Assembly (NCBI GenBank): GCA_963751345.1
Contig: CAVVUS010000006.1
Coordinates: forward strand, 1 to 25,359
DNA: 25,359 bases
DNA from: an uncultured Chloroflexia bacterium
GTDB lineage: Bacteria > Chloroflexota > Anaerolineae > B4-G1 > SLSP01
Direction: 5' to 3'
How positions within the stretch are numbered: the first letter of the stretch is position 1; each line of letters begins with the position of its first letter. The position numbers and the translations under genes were made by a program. The notes beneath the pieces were generated by a model. That model had not been told where the DNA came from and ran no database searches. It worked only from the letters and a program-made list of their open reading frames with translations. Shown in pieces: positions 9,032 through 18,188 of this stretch.

Positions 9032-9763
9032 ATGCGCTATGTCGTCATCTCCGATATCCATAGCAACGCCCCAGCGCTCGAGGCCGTGCTGCAGGATGCC
9101 CCTCCCTTCGACGCCGTGCTCTGTTTGGGCGATATCGTCGGGTATGGTCCCAATCCCAATGAATGTGTCGCACGGGTGCAGGACTTCGACCTCGTTTGTC
9201 TTGTCGGCAACCATGACTGGGGTGCCGTTGGCCTCGCCGACATAACGGTCTTCAATCGCGAGGCGCGGCACGCCCTGGCCTGGACCCAGGGCGAGTTGAT
9301 CGATGCCCATCAGGCCTTTCTAAAAGCGCTGACGCCTAAGCGCTGGCTAACGCACAGCATCCTGCTCAGCCATGGAAGTCCCAGGGATCCGGTATGGGAA
9401 TATCTCGTCGATGCGAAGTCGGCGGCGGCGAACTTCGCTGCATTCGATTTTGAGATCGCGATGGTAGGGCACTCGCATCTGCCCCTCGTGTTGGAGTGGC
9501 GCCCGGATGAGGGGCGCGTCCAGTCGCACAGGGCCGAGGTCAATACGTGGCTGCAGTTGGATGGACGCCGCTTGATTCTGAATCCCGGAAGCGTCGGGCA
9601 GCCGCGGGATGGCAATCCCCGTGCTAGCTATGCAATGCTCGATACAGAGGCGATGATCTGGCAGTTTCGCCGCGTTGACTATCCCATTGAGATCACTCAG
9701 GAGCGCATGCGGGCGCAGTTGCTGCCGCAGCGGCTCATTGACCGCCTCGAGATTGGCCGCTAG
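9032..9763 (+). CDS. Calcineurin-like metallophosphoesterase
   Basis: 'SDIHSN', 'LGDIVGYG', 'GNHD', 'HGSP', 'GHSH', 'NPGSVGQPRDG'. Start moved from the ORF-track 8849 to ATG 9032 (RBS GAGGAG, domain begins here). Confidence 0.92.
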   Translation: MRYVVISDIHSNAPALEAVLQDAPPFDAVLCLGDIVGYGPNPNECVARVQDFDLVCLVGNHDWGAVGLADITVFNREARHALAWTQGELIDAHQAFLKALTPKRWLTHSILLSHGSPRDPVWEYLVDAKSAAANFAAFDFEIAMVGHSHLPLVLEWRPDEGRVQSHRAEVNTWLQLDGRRLILNPGSVGQPRDGNPRASYAMLDTEAMIWQFRRVDYPIEITQERMRAQLLPQRLIDRLEIGR

Positions 9764-9793
9764 CTCACGCAGATGAGAGGGAGGACATCCACG

Positions 9794-10774
9794 ATGCGAG
9801 GAAACCTGTTGCGATGCCTGGTGCTACTTGTCATAGCAGGGTTGGCCGTTGGTTGTGGCGCGATGCAGGCACAGAGCACGCCGCCGCCACCGATGGCGGA
9901 ATCGGATATGGGTGCGCCTGCAGGGGTCGCTCCCCCGGCGCAGCCTGAGACGGCCTCTCGCGCCCTGACCGAGGCGGAAGTGGCCTCGATAGCGGCTCAA
10001 TCTGACGATCAGGGCCGCATGATCGTCTATTCGGGGAACCTTTCGCTGGTCGTGGCCGACTCGGAGAACGCCTATGATCAGGTCCTGGCGATCACCGAGG
10101 GCGCCGGCGGCTACGTTGCGGATGCCAGCAGCTACGCGTATAGCGGCGGGCTGCGCCGGATGAGCCTGACCTTGCGCGTGCCTGCCGAGGCCTTCAACGC
10201 GACGATGGATGCTTTCAGAGGCCTGGCCCTGGAGATCCCGCAGGATTCCATCAACAGCGAGGATGTGACACAGGAATACGTCGATCTGGGCTCGCGGTTG
10301 ACCGCGCTGGAGGCGAAGGCAGCGCGGCTCGAGATACTGATGGATCAGGCCGAGGACACCGAGTCCGTGCTGGCGGTCTATCAGGAACTGAGCCAGACCC
10401 AGATTGATATCGAACAGACCAAGGGTCGGATGCGCTACCTGGAGCGCAGCTCGGCTATGGCGACCATCACGGTTGAACTGGTACCCGATGAGCTCTCGCA
10501 GCCGGTTGAGGTCGCCGGCTGGCGTCCCCAGGGCACGGTGAAGCGCGCCGTGGAGGCGCTGATAACGGCGTTCCAGTTCTTGGTTAACGCACTGATATGG
10601 ATCGTCCTGCTCGTGATTCCGGTTCTGGCCTTCATTGGGCTCGTGATCTATGGCATCATCCGGCTGCTCGGCCTGATCTTCGGGCGGGGGCGGCGACGGA
10701 AGGCCCGCGAGCAGGCCGAAGCTGCTAAGGCTTCTGAAGGTCCTGTGGCACCTGAGCCTCCGCAGGCCGGTTAA
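9794..10774 (+). CDS. DUF4349 family lipoprotein with C-terminal TM helix (alternative start 9773)
   Basis: Lipobox 'LAVGC'; 'RMIVYSGNLSL', 'LTLRVPAE', 'EDVTQEYVDL', 'IEQTKGRMRYL', followed by a hydrophobic C-terminal helix. Confidence 0.85.
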   Translation: MRGNLLRCLVLLVIAGLAVGCGAMQAQSTPPPPMAESDMGAPAGVAPPAQPETASRALTEAEVASIAAQSDDQGRMIVYSGNLSLVVADSENAYDQVLAITEGAGGYVADASSYAYSGGLRRMSLTLRVPAEAFNATMDAFRGLALEIPQDSINSEDVTQEYVDLGSRLTALEAKAARLEILMDQAEDTESVLAVYQELSQTQIDIEQTKGRMRYLERSSAMATITVELVPDELSQPVEVAGWRPQGTVKRAVEALITAFQFLVNALIWIVLLVIPVLAFIGLVIYGIIRLLGLIFGRGRRRKAREQAEAAKASEGPVAPEPPQAG

Positions 10775-10783
10775 TCGGTAGCA

Positions 10784-10822
10784 AGGAGCGCGGGCCGGAC
10801 ACATCGTCCGGCCCGCGCTCCT
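10784..10822. terminator. Perfect 17-bp hairpin between convergent genes (probable bidirectional terminator)
   Basis: AGGAGCGCGGGCCGGAC-acatc-GTCCGGCCCGCGCTCCT; no strong U-tract. Confidence 0.65.
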
Positions 10823-10849
10823 CTATGGAGGCAGTCCGATCTGCGCCGG

Positions 10850-11758
10850 TCAACTGCGGCGCCAAAGCAAGTGATTCTCGCTCATCACAATCTCGGCCTC
10901 GCCGGCGCGCTGCAACGACGTGAGCGCGGCCAGCACTGTGGTCAAGGAGAGCAGAAAGAACTGCGGTGCGGCGAAGGTCTCGCCAAAGTGGGCCGCCACG
11001 GCGCGCAGCACTTCATAGGGTTCCTTTGGTTCGGAGAGAGAGGCCAGTGTGACTTCCCTGATCTCGTGCAGTCGCGCGGCGGTGGCGGCAGCCGCGGGTT
11101 CTATGTCCTCTACCGGCGCGCCGTGACCGGGCACGAAGTGCGCATAGTCCATCTCCGGCAGACGTGCAAGCGTTTCCAGCCAGTCATCCAGGTTGGCGCA
11201 GAAGAGGATCGGGTGCCGCTGCAGCGTTGCCTCGGGAAAGACGACGTCGCCGCAGAAGAGGGTTCCCCCTGCGCCCGGGTAAGCGATCCCTACCTGCTCT
11301 GGGGCGTGCCCCGGAAGCGCCACGACGTCACACGGAATGCCGCCGATCTCGGCGACTCCCGGCGCGAGCGGTCGGAATGACTCCACGCCCTGCTCCGCCA
11401 GCGTGAACTTCTCACGAAGTTCTGCGATGGGATCGGCCCCGCCGTAGAGAAAGAGCGGCTCCAGCAGCGGGTGCTCCGCGAGTGCTCCTTCCAGGGGCGG
11501 CGCGTACACCGGTACCCCCGCCCGTTTGGCTGCCCAGCCTGCCCCACCAAAGTGGTCAGCGTGGCCGTGGGTCACGATCACGCCTCGGAGTGAGATCCCC
11601 TCGGCGTCCAGGTACCTGAACACCTTGCGAACACTGTCCGCGTCCAGTCCCGCATCCACGAGCAGCCCACCGCCCCCGTGCGCGATGACGCCGATGTTAG
11701 AGCCGCCGGTCAACGCATAGGTGCCGTTCCCGAAGTCGAGCCAATTCGTCTTTGGCAT
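10850..11758 (-). CDS. MBL-fold metallo-hydrolase
   Basis: 'LVDAG', 'THGHADHFGG' (HxHxDH), 'PGHAP', 'FCGD', 'VPGHG'; RBS GAAGGAGG. Confidence 0.92.
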   Translation of the reverse strand: MPKTNWLDFGNGTYALTGGSNIGVIAHGGGGLLVDAGLDADSVRKVFRYLDAEGISLRGVIVTHGHADHFGGAGWAAKRAGVPVYAPPLEGALAEHPLLEPLFLYGGADPIAELREKFTLAEQGVESFRPLAPGVAEIGGIPCDVVALPGHAPEQVGIAYPGAGGTLFCGDVVFPEATLQRHPILFCANLDDWLETLARLPEMDYAHFVPGHGAPVEDIEPAAAATAARLHEIREVTLASLSEPKEPYEVLRAVAAHFGETFAAPQFFLLSLTTVLAALTSLQRAGEAEIVMSENHLLWRRS

Positions 11759-12124
11759 CGAGCCTCCTTCTCACCTCGTCTATCGGTGTCCGCCCAGCGC
11801 TCAAGTGTATCAGATGCGCCGGGATACTCCACAGGAGCCGTATCGACGCTAACGAAATGCCAACCCCGCCAACCCATGCCGGAAACTATACTAACCAAGC
11901 TCGTAGGTCGATTGCATCACTGCGTGGTAACGTAGGCATCGAAAGGGGAGAGCTTCCTCAGCGCCGGCGCACCTTCTGGACCAGTGCCGAGGAGTGGGTA
12001 GAGCGTTTGACCATATCTGAGATGGCGTGACCGCAAGTTGCCTCGCCGGCATGGTTGTGTCGGGGTCGGGCCTCCGACAGAGACACCAGTCTGGCATTCG
12101 CATCGTATTCTGAGGAGGGTTTCT

Positions 12125-13420
12125 ATGTTGAGGAGCATCTGCGTTCTGATCGTGGGGGCCATCGTCCTGCTTTATCCAGGGGCAGCGTTGGCCCAGGCGC
12201 CGGGTGGATCCGACTCGGTGTGGAATGTGTCGTACTGGGCAAACCAGACGTTGTCCGGCGCGCCGGTGCTGGTGCGTAGTGAGTCGACTCTACGCTACGA
12301 CTGGGGGACGGGCTCACCGGACCCCACCGTGCCGGCGGATCACTTCTCGGCTCGCTGGACTCGGGGTATTGATGTCAGTGCGGGAACGTATCGGTTCACC
12401 GCGACCACCGATGACGGCATGCGTATCTGGGTCGATGACACGCCGGTGCTTGATGCCTGGTACGACCAGGCGGCGACGACCTACTATCGGGACCAGTATC
12501 TCGCGGCGGGTCAACATGTCATCACCGTCGAATATTACGAAGATACCGGGTTGGCCGTGGCTGAAGTCTCATGGCAACTCGCCAGTCAGTCTGCGGGTGG
12601 ATGGGAAGCCGAGTACTACAACAATATGACGCTGTCCGGCACGCCGGTGCTGACCCGTAACGACCCACAGATCGATTTCACGTGGCTGGGAGGTTCGCCC
12701 GATCCCGGCGTCGTGCAAGCGGACCACTTCTCCGCGCGTTGGACTCAAACGTCATACTTTCCGCCGGGCAACTACCGCTTCGATCTGACAGTGGATGACG
12801 GGGCGCGCCTCTTTGTGAATGGCGAGCTGCTGATCGATGTCTGGTACGATCAGGTGGCCACGCTCTACACCGATGGCATCTACCTGCCCGGAGGGGATGT
12901 GACGCTGGAACTCCAGTATTACGAGGATACGGGACTGGCTCAAGTGCAACTCTCGTGGTCGCCACAGACCGGAGGTGGACCGCCCGCGGGCCAGCCCGGC
13001 ACCGTTATCGTCGACGATCTGGGTCCCGGCTTCGTCGAAGGGGGAACGGCAGCCTACTGGCACACTGCTCCGGACGGGTTCGACGGCGGGTTCTTGTGGA
13101 CGTACAACAACGAGCGAGTCGTGCCCAACTACAACTGGGTGGAGTGGCATCCCGTCCTCACGGCCGGAACGTACGAGGTGTTTGCCTATATACCACTTAC
13201 CGACGCGACCACGACCCAGGCGCGCTATTGGGTCATCTATGGCGGTGGCGCGGCTCTACGTGTCGTCGATCAGTCCACAAATGGTGGTGCCTGGGTGTCG
13301 TTGGGGACCTATAGCTTCCGTGGTGACGGTACTGAGTATGTGTCACTCGCTGACGTGACCTTCGAACCCGGCCTCTCCACGATGGTTGCGTTCGACGCTA
13401 TCAGGTGGGAGCCTCGATAG
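12125..13420 (+). CDS. Secreted protein with two PA14 domains and a C-terminal golvesin/Xly CBD-like beta-sandwich
   Basis: RBS GAGGAGG, ATG 12125, signal peptide ending 'ALA-Q'. Two repeats of 'Y..N.TLSG.PVL.R....W..GSPDP..ADHFSARWT...G.YRF....DDG.R..V......D.WYDQ....YYEDTGLA', then 'VIVDD...GF...W...GTYEVFAYIP...A.Y...VDQ..NGGAWVSLGTYSF...FDAIRW'. Confidence 0.82.
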   Translation: MLRSICVLIVGAIVLLYPGAALAQAPGGSDSVWNVSYWANQTLSGAPVLVRSESTLRYDWGTGSPDPTVPADHFSARWTRGIDVSAGTYRFTATTDDGMRIWVDDTPVLDAWYDQAATTYYRDQYLAAGQHVITVEYYEDTGLAVAEVSWQLASQSAGGWEAEYYNNMTLSGTPVLTRNDPQIDFTWLGGSPDPGVVQADHFSARWTQTSYFPPGNYRFDLTVDDGARLFVNGELLIDVWYDQVATLYTDGIYLPGGDVTLELQYYEDTGLAQVQLSWSPQTGGGPPAGQPGTVIVDDLGPGFVEGGTAAYWHTAPDGFDGGFLWTYNNERVVPNYNWVEWHPVLTAGTYEVFAYIPLTDATTTQARYWVIYGGGAALRVVDQSTNGGAWVSLGTYSFRGDGTEYVSLADVTFEPGLSTMVAFDAIRWEPR

Positions 13421-13460
13421 CGTCGAGTGCGTCGGAGGGGGACGGCGTACCTCCTACGAA

Positions 13461-13503
13461 TCCCGCACCGGGAGCGATGGAAGCCTGTCCTCCCGGTGCG
13501 GGA
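13461..13503. terminator. 14-bp inverted repeat between convergent genes
   Basis: TCCCGCACCGGGAG-N15-CTCCCGGTGCGGGA, 40 nt after the PA14 gene stop. Confidence 0.55.
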
Positions 13504-13757
13504 CACAATAGAGCATAGCCGTAGTTCGATACCTTATGCCAGATCAGTCGGCCTACGCGCCGACGAAGGCCTTTGTCAAGAACTCTAGCCTCCGCCTGCG
13601 AGAGGAACTGCGGAAATCGACGGTCAGCGTGAGCGTTATTAGTCCTGGTGGGATTCCGACGACAGGTGCTTTGCTGGCAGAGAGACGGGGGACCGGGCTG
13701 CCCCGAGGATGAGACGATCCGAACTGTGCGGTCATTCCCGTCCGGGCGGTCGTCGGC

Positions 13758-15326
13758 TCAGGCGATTGTGGCAGCCGGAAGGTCGAAGCTGAAGGTGCTT
13801 CCCTCGCCCGGCACCGCAGAGCTTTCGACACTGACGTGCCCGTCCAGCTTATCGATGATGCGCTTGACGATCGACAGTCCCAACCCGTGCCCGTGGGGCA
13901 CTTCCTGCTGGACGAAGCTTCCGAAGAGGCGTTTCTGGACCTCGGGAGTAATGCCATCCCCATTGTCACGCACCCAGAAGCGGACGTATCCCCTTGGCAG
14001 CAGGTTGGCGCCCAGCTCGATCCTGGGAGGCGATCCACCGTACGAGATCGCATTGCTGATGTAGTTTGCCCACACTTCCTCCAGCCACGGCCCATAACCC
14101 AGTGCCAGCGGCCAGTGAGAGGGCACAACCAACTCGGCTCGATTCGCTGCGATGGTGTCGCCGAGCCGATGGAGGACCTCGTCGACGAGAGGGCCCATGT
14201 CGACGGGCTCGAGTTTGATGGCAGTCTTGCGGATGCGGGCAAAGAGCAGCAGGGCCTCGATAATCGAATCCATCTTGCGCCCCATCCTGGCGATCGTGTT
14301 GACAGCCTGGCGTATCTCTGCGGCTGTCAACCTGTCCTGGTCTTCCTGCAGCGTTTCGGCAAAGCCGACGATCGCGCCCAGCGGGCTGCGGAGATCGTGA
14401 GCCACCGAATCGGCGAAGGCGTCCAGCTCTGCGTTACGGACCTCAAGCTCGGCCGCATAGTCGCGGAGCACCTGCTCGGCCTTGGTTCGCTCAGTGACAT
14501 CCAGGATCTGGGCCACTGTCCTCGTCGAGTCCGATGAGTTGCGGTAAGTTGTCGCGCTAAGGACCAGGTGGCGGACCTCGCCATCGGGGCGCAGGACCCG
14601 GGTCTCGTATCTTGGCGGCACGACTTCCCCGGCCTGTCTTCGGAAGTAGCGGTCCCGCATCAACTCGATGTCGTCTTGATGAACGAACTCGGGAAACTCG
14701 TGTCCCAGAACCTCAGTGTGGGTACGCCCAAGGATGTAACACGTCTCGTCGTTGGCGTAGACGATGTGCAGGTGGTCGTCAATCAGCAGAATGCCGGCAG
14801 GCGACTGCTCCACAACGGACCGGTAGCGCTCCTCGCTGGCGCGCAGGGCCGCTTCCGCCTCGCGGCGCTGAGTGACGTCCTCAAGCGTGCATTCATAATA
14901 GAGCGGTAGACCGTCTGCGCCACGTACGACTCGCGCGTTTTCCCTAATGTACCGAGACCCACCATTGGGACTGCCAACTGCATCTTCAAAGCCCCACACC
15001 TCGCCATCACGTTCGAGCGTCTCTCGGAATGCTTCGCGAGCGCAGCCGATCTGGTGAATTTGCATCGCGCGTTCGAGAGAGTTCGTGTCGCCGTCAACGG
15101 GAGCGCCCAGTAGCTGAACCACCGTCTCGTTGGCAAGCAGTATCCGGCCTTCGGGTGTCGTGCGGTAGATACCCAGAGGCAAACTGTTGAAGAGTGCCCT
15201 GAACTGCTCGAGCTCGCGACGTAGCGTTGCGTTCTCGCCGAGCAACCGATGCGCCACGTCTTCAGCGTCGGTCGACTCCTGCAGACTGTCAGTCTCGACA
15301 GGTTGATGGCCGGTATTGTGTGTCAT
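13758..15326 (-). CDS. Cytoplasmic PAS-PAS sensor histidine kinase
   Basis: Two PAS/PAC domains ending 'EDVTQRR' and 'LDVTERT'; H-box 'VAHDLRSPL', N-box 'NYISNAISY', 'VRDNGDGI', 'GHGLGLSIV', 'GEGSTF'. Start set at ATG 15326 because a promoter-like element lies within the ORF-track extension. Confidence 0.92.
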   Translation of the reverse strand: MTHNTGHQPVETDSLQESTDAEDVAHRLLGENATLRRELEQFRALFNSLPLGIYRTTPEGRILLANETVVQLLGAPVDGDTNSLERAMQIHQIGCAREAFRETLERDGEVWGFEDAVGSPNGGSRYIRENARVVRGADGLPLYYECTLEDVTQRREAEAALRASEERYRSVVEQSPAGILLIDDHLHIVYANDETCYILGRTHTEVLGHEFPEFVHQDDIELMRDRYFRRQAGEVVPPRYETRVLRPDGEVRHLVLSATTYRNSSDSTRTVAQILDVTERTKAEQVLRDYAAELEVRNAELDAFADSVAHDLRSPLGAIVGFAETLQEDQDRLTAAEIRQAVNTIARMGRKMDSIIEALLLFARIRKTAIKLEPVDMGPLVDEVLHRLGDTIAANRAELVVPSHWPLALGYGPWLEEVWANYISNAISYGGSPPRIELGANLLPRGYVRFWVRDNGDGITPEVQKRLFGSFVQQEVPHGHGLGLSIVKRIIDKLDGHVSVESSAVPGEGSTFSFDLPAATIA

Positions 15327-15350
15327 AGCGCTTGTAGACCCATTACCGTA

Positions 15351-15378
15351 AGTATAGCCTCGCCATAAGCGAGAGCAA
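15351..15378 (-). promoter_or_regulatory. Putative promoter of the PAS kinase
   Basis: TTGCTC-N16-TATACT on the minus strand. Confidence 0.5.
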
Positions 15379-15389
15379 CCCAAAATCGC

Positions 15390-17006
15390 CTAGACGACAC
15401 GCTCCATCACGAGAACCCAGTCACTCATCGTTGGCTGAATCGGGATGGGCCACGAACCGTCCTCCTTGGCTTCGACAACACCCAGCTCGTGGCGATTGCC
15501 ATCCCGCGGATTCCAATAGAAGGCGTGGTACGTCGTGTCCGGCTCGATATGACATACCTGAAAGATGATGTGCGTCCAGGGCATCGTGGGTTGGTAGGAA
15601 TAGATAATGCGGACCTCACCAGGAATGCCCGCGGCGAACAGCCCCTCCACATTCTCGGCCGAGCCGCTCGGGTCCACCCACTCGGGGTGCGGCTCAAAGC
15701 GCCACGCCTCATAGGACGTAAGCAGCCGGCCCGCTAACCCCAGCTGGGCGCCGCCCGGCAGACGGTAGGCGTCTTCCCACGGGGTGTCGCCCCAATTGGC
15801 GCCGTGAGGTGAGGGACCGTAGGGTCTCTCTCGGGTATTCAGCTGCCACAGCCCGTTGGCCCCATAGGTGAAACCCGCTGCCCCGGACAGCATCGCTGCC
15901 CAGTACGTGAGCCTTTGTGTCTCGGCCTGCGTGCCGTGCAGGATGCCCTCGTAACTGACCTCGCCAACGACGACGGGCATCGTGGGTGTGCGCTCGCGTT
16001 CTGCCACAACCGTGTCGACGGTGTTGGCCACGCTGTCGTAGCCACCGTGACCCGTCTGCAACATATCGAAGTCGAGTACGCTGTCGTCGGACACCTGGTC
16101 GCGTCCAATCTGGGTCGGGTGTATGGTGACCAGACGGTTGTAGGGATCCGTGGCACGGACATAACGCCCCATCTCAGTCCAGCCCTCGATCTGGTCGTGA
16201 CGATCACGGTCGGGGTCATCTGACAGGTAGTAGGGCATCGCCCCTTCGCCGGCAAGGCACCACACCACGGGATAGCTGGCCCAACGTGCGATCAGGTAGC
16301 GCCAGTGGGCCTTCATCCGCTCGACGCCAAGCAGTGGCAGATAGTAACCCCAGCATCCCACGATGCACGGCACGAGGCCGTTCCGCACGAGCCAGCGGAT
16401 GCGCAGATCGGCCATATCGAAGTACGCGGGGTTGATGCGGGAAAAGCCTAGCTCCCATGGTAGACCGGCCTCATTCACGCCACGTTCGTCAAGTGCGGGC
16501 ATATCCGGATAGAGGCCCGCCACGATCTGGATCGCGGTGAAGCCCTTTGCCACCCGATCCGCTGCAAGCATCTGAAAGTCATCGGGCCACGATAGGCGTG
16601 CACAGAGCCCCATCCACCAGGTATCGCCCAGCCAGAGGAAAGGTGTGTCGTCGGCGAAGGCAAACGACCGCCGGTCGGGAGCGACACGAAGGGGGCCATG
16701 GCGCAATAGATCGGACGTGCCCCGGTAATCCTCCGCATCAAACGTCGCCACCTGATCGTGGAGCGAGGCAGCCCCGGGGTCTGAGCAAATGGTACGCACA
16801 TCGAAGTGGCCAGGCATCGGCGGGGCAAACCTCACGCTCCAAGTCTGACCCCCGGCCCAGAACGCGGGCACGCGGTACCGTAAGCCACTGCTGTGAGTCA
16901 GGATGACGTCCACTTCAACGTCGTTGAACGGGTCGTCGTAGGCGACACCGGAAACGTACGACCATTCGGATGTTACATACTGTGTGCCCCGGATGTGCAG
17001 CGACAT
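15390..17006 (-). CDS. DUF5060 + DUF4038 (apiosidase/GH140-like) glycoside hydrolase
   Basis: RBS GGGAGG before ATG 17006. 'PAFWAGGQTWSVRFAP', 'PFLWLGDTWW', 'KGFTAIQ', 'NPAYFD', 'VVWCLAGE', 'TIHP', 'DFDMLQTGH', 'GEVSYEG', 'GFTYGANGLW', 'WNPRDG', 'DWVLV'. Confidence 0.8.
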   Translation of the reverse strand: MSLHIRGTQYVTSEWSYVSGVAYDDPFNDVEVDVILTHSSGLRYRVPAFWAGGQTWSVRFAPPMPGHFDVRTICSDPGAASLHDQVATFDAEDYRGTSDLLRHGPLRVAPDRRSFAFADDTPFLWLGDTWWMGLCARLSWPDDFQMLAADRVAKGFTAIQIVAGLYPDMPALDERGVNEAGLPWELGFSRINPAYFDMADLRIRWLVRNGLVPCIVGCWGYYLPLLGVERMKAHWRYLIARWASYPVVWCLAGEGAMPYYLSDDPDRDRHDQIEGWTEMGRYVRATDPYNRLVTIHPTQIGRDQVSDDSVLDFDMLQTGHGGYDSVANTVDTVVAERERTPTMPVVVGEVSYEGILHGTQAETQRLTYWAAMLSGAAGFTYGANGLWQLNTRERPYGPSPHGANWGDTPWEDAYRLPGGAQLGLAGRLLTSYEAWRFEPHPEWVDPSGSAENVEGLFAAGIPGEVRIIYSYQPTMPWTHIIFQVCHIEPDTTYHAFYWNPRDGNRHELGVVEAKEDGSWPIPIQPTMSDWVLVMERVV

Positions 17007-17104
17007 AGGAACCTCCCGATAGCTAGCCGATGACGGCGGCAGAACGTTGGATGCTCGACAGGTGCTATGGTCCGCGGATCCTGGTTGTCGATCCGCCTGC
17101 AACA

Positions 17105-18137
17105 TCACGGCTGGATGATAACCTTGTTGCGATCCGGCTTTGACATCACGTCGAGAGCGGCATGGATCTCGCTCAGTGGGAAGCGATGTGTGATGATCCG
17201 CTCCGCATCGATCACGCCGCGCTCCATCAACCGGATGGCCTTTGCCATGGCCAGCGGCGTGGTGCCGAAACTGGCATCCATCCTGGCCTCAAGGAAGTGG
17301 GTTCTGCCGCCGTCCAACTCGAAGGTCTCGTGGGTTGTGATGCCAAAGACGTTCCAGCGCGTCCCTCGGCGCCGCAGGTCTACCATGAGCTCTACGGCCT
17401 CGATTGGGCCTGCAGCCTCGACCACCAGATCGGGGCCGTCCGGCAGGATCTCGTAGACACGGCGCTGAGCGTCCTCGGTCACCGGATCAATCGCGTGAGT
17501 GGCGCCTAGTTCGAGCGCATGTTGCCGGGCGTGCGAACTTGGGTCCACGGCAATCAACCGCCCGGCTCCCGCAGCGCGCGCTACCATCAGACAGAGGAGC
17601 CCGATGCTGCCCACACCGATCACAACCACGTCGTCGCCAACCTGCATCTGGCTATACTGGATCACGCCTTTCCAGGCCCCCGAAAGCGGCTCCGTCAGTG
17701 CCGCAGCATCGAAGCTGAGGGTCTCCGGCTTGTCGAAAAGGGTGTTGGCGCGGGTGCGCATGTACTCGGCAAATGCGCCCGGCCACACGTCATCAGGCCC
17801 ATCGCCACCGGTGGTGAATGCATGTTCGCAGTAGTGCGTGTTTCCCTCGCGGCAGTGACGGCATACACCACAATAGCCTGAGGGCTGAACGATCACGGGA
17901 TCGCCCTCTTTGAAGTGCGTCACGCCCGGCCCCACGCGGGCAACGATGCCCGACGGCTCGTGGCCGGGGATGAAGGGGAACGTCACGTTGCGCCGGATTC
18001 CCTTGATGGCCTTGACGTCGGTCGCACAGATCCCGCACGCCTTGATGCGCACGACGACCTCGCCGGTCCCTGGCACCGGGATCGGCACATCTTCCAGTTC
18101 GAGACTGATTGAAGTCCTTGAGCACGGCAGCCAGCAT
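17105..18137 (-). CDS. Zn-dependent medium-chain (sugar/polyol/threonine-type) dehydrogenase; one extra base near 18104
   Basis: RBS AGGAGG and ATG 18137 'MLAAVLKDFNQ' join 'LELEDVPIP' after removing one base. 'GICATD', 'GHE', structural Zn 'CGVCRHC...YC', Rossmann 'GVGSIG'. Confidence 0.9.
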
Positions 18138-18188
18138 AGGTACCTCCTGACTCAGCCTAAATCAGATAGGATGTCGATGTCGTAGGCG

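Noticed and set aside
9824-10804. Long antisense ORFs (e.g. 9824..10804, 605..1486, 5949..6659, 19352..20092)
   Set aside because: They are shadows of well-supported genes on the opposite strand, common in GC-rich DNA, and show no recognisable motifs.
10850-11758. Antibiotic-resistance call for the MBL-fold and beta-lactamase-fold genes
   Set aside because: The folds are shared by many non-resistance hydrolases. The MBL protein has no signal peptide, and the serine-type protein lacks a clear SxxK.
11934-12124. Assignment to a known riboswitch (glycine, c-di-AMP, c-di-GMP, cobalamin, lysine)
   Set aside because: Only short fragments such as GGAGAG and GCCGA match; the full conserved cores are not present. 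Left as an unassigned structured element.
13504-13757. Possible sRNA or small gene (TTGACA on minus strand at 13573-13578; hairpin GTCGGC...GCCGAC)
   Set aside because: No acceptable -10 at 16-18 bp, no RBS-led ORF and no recognisable RNA family features.
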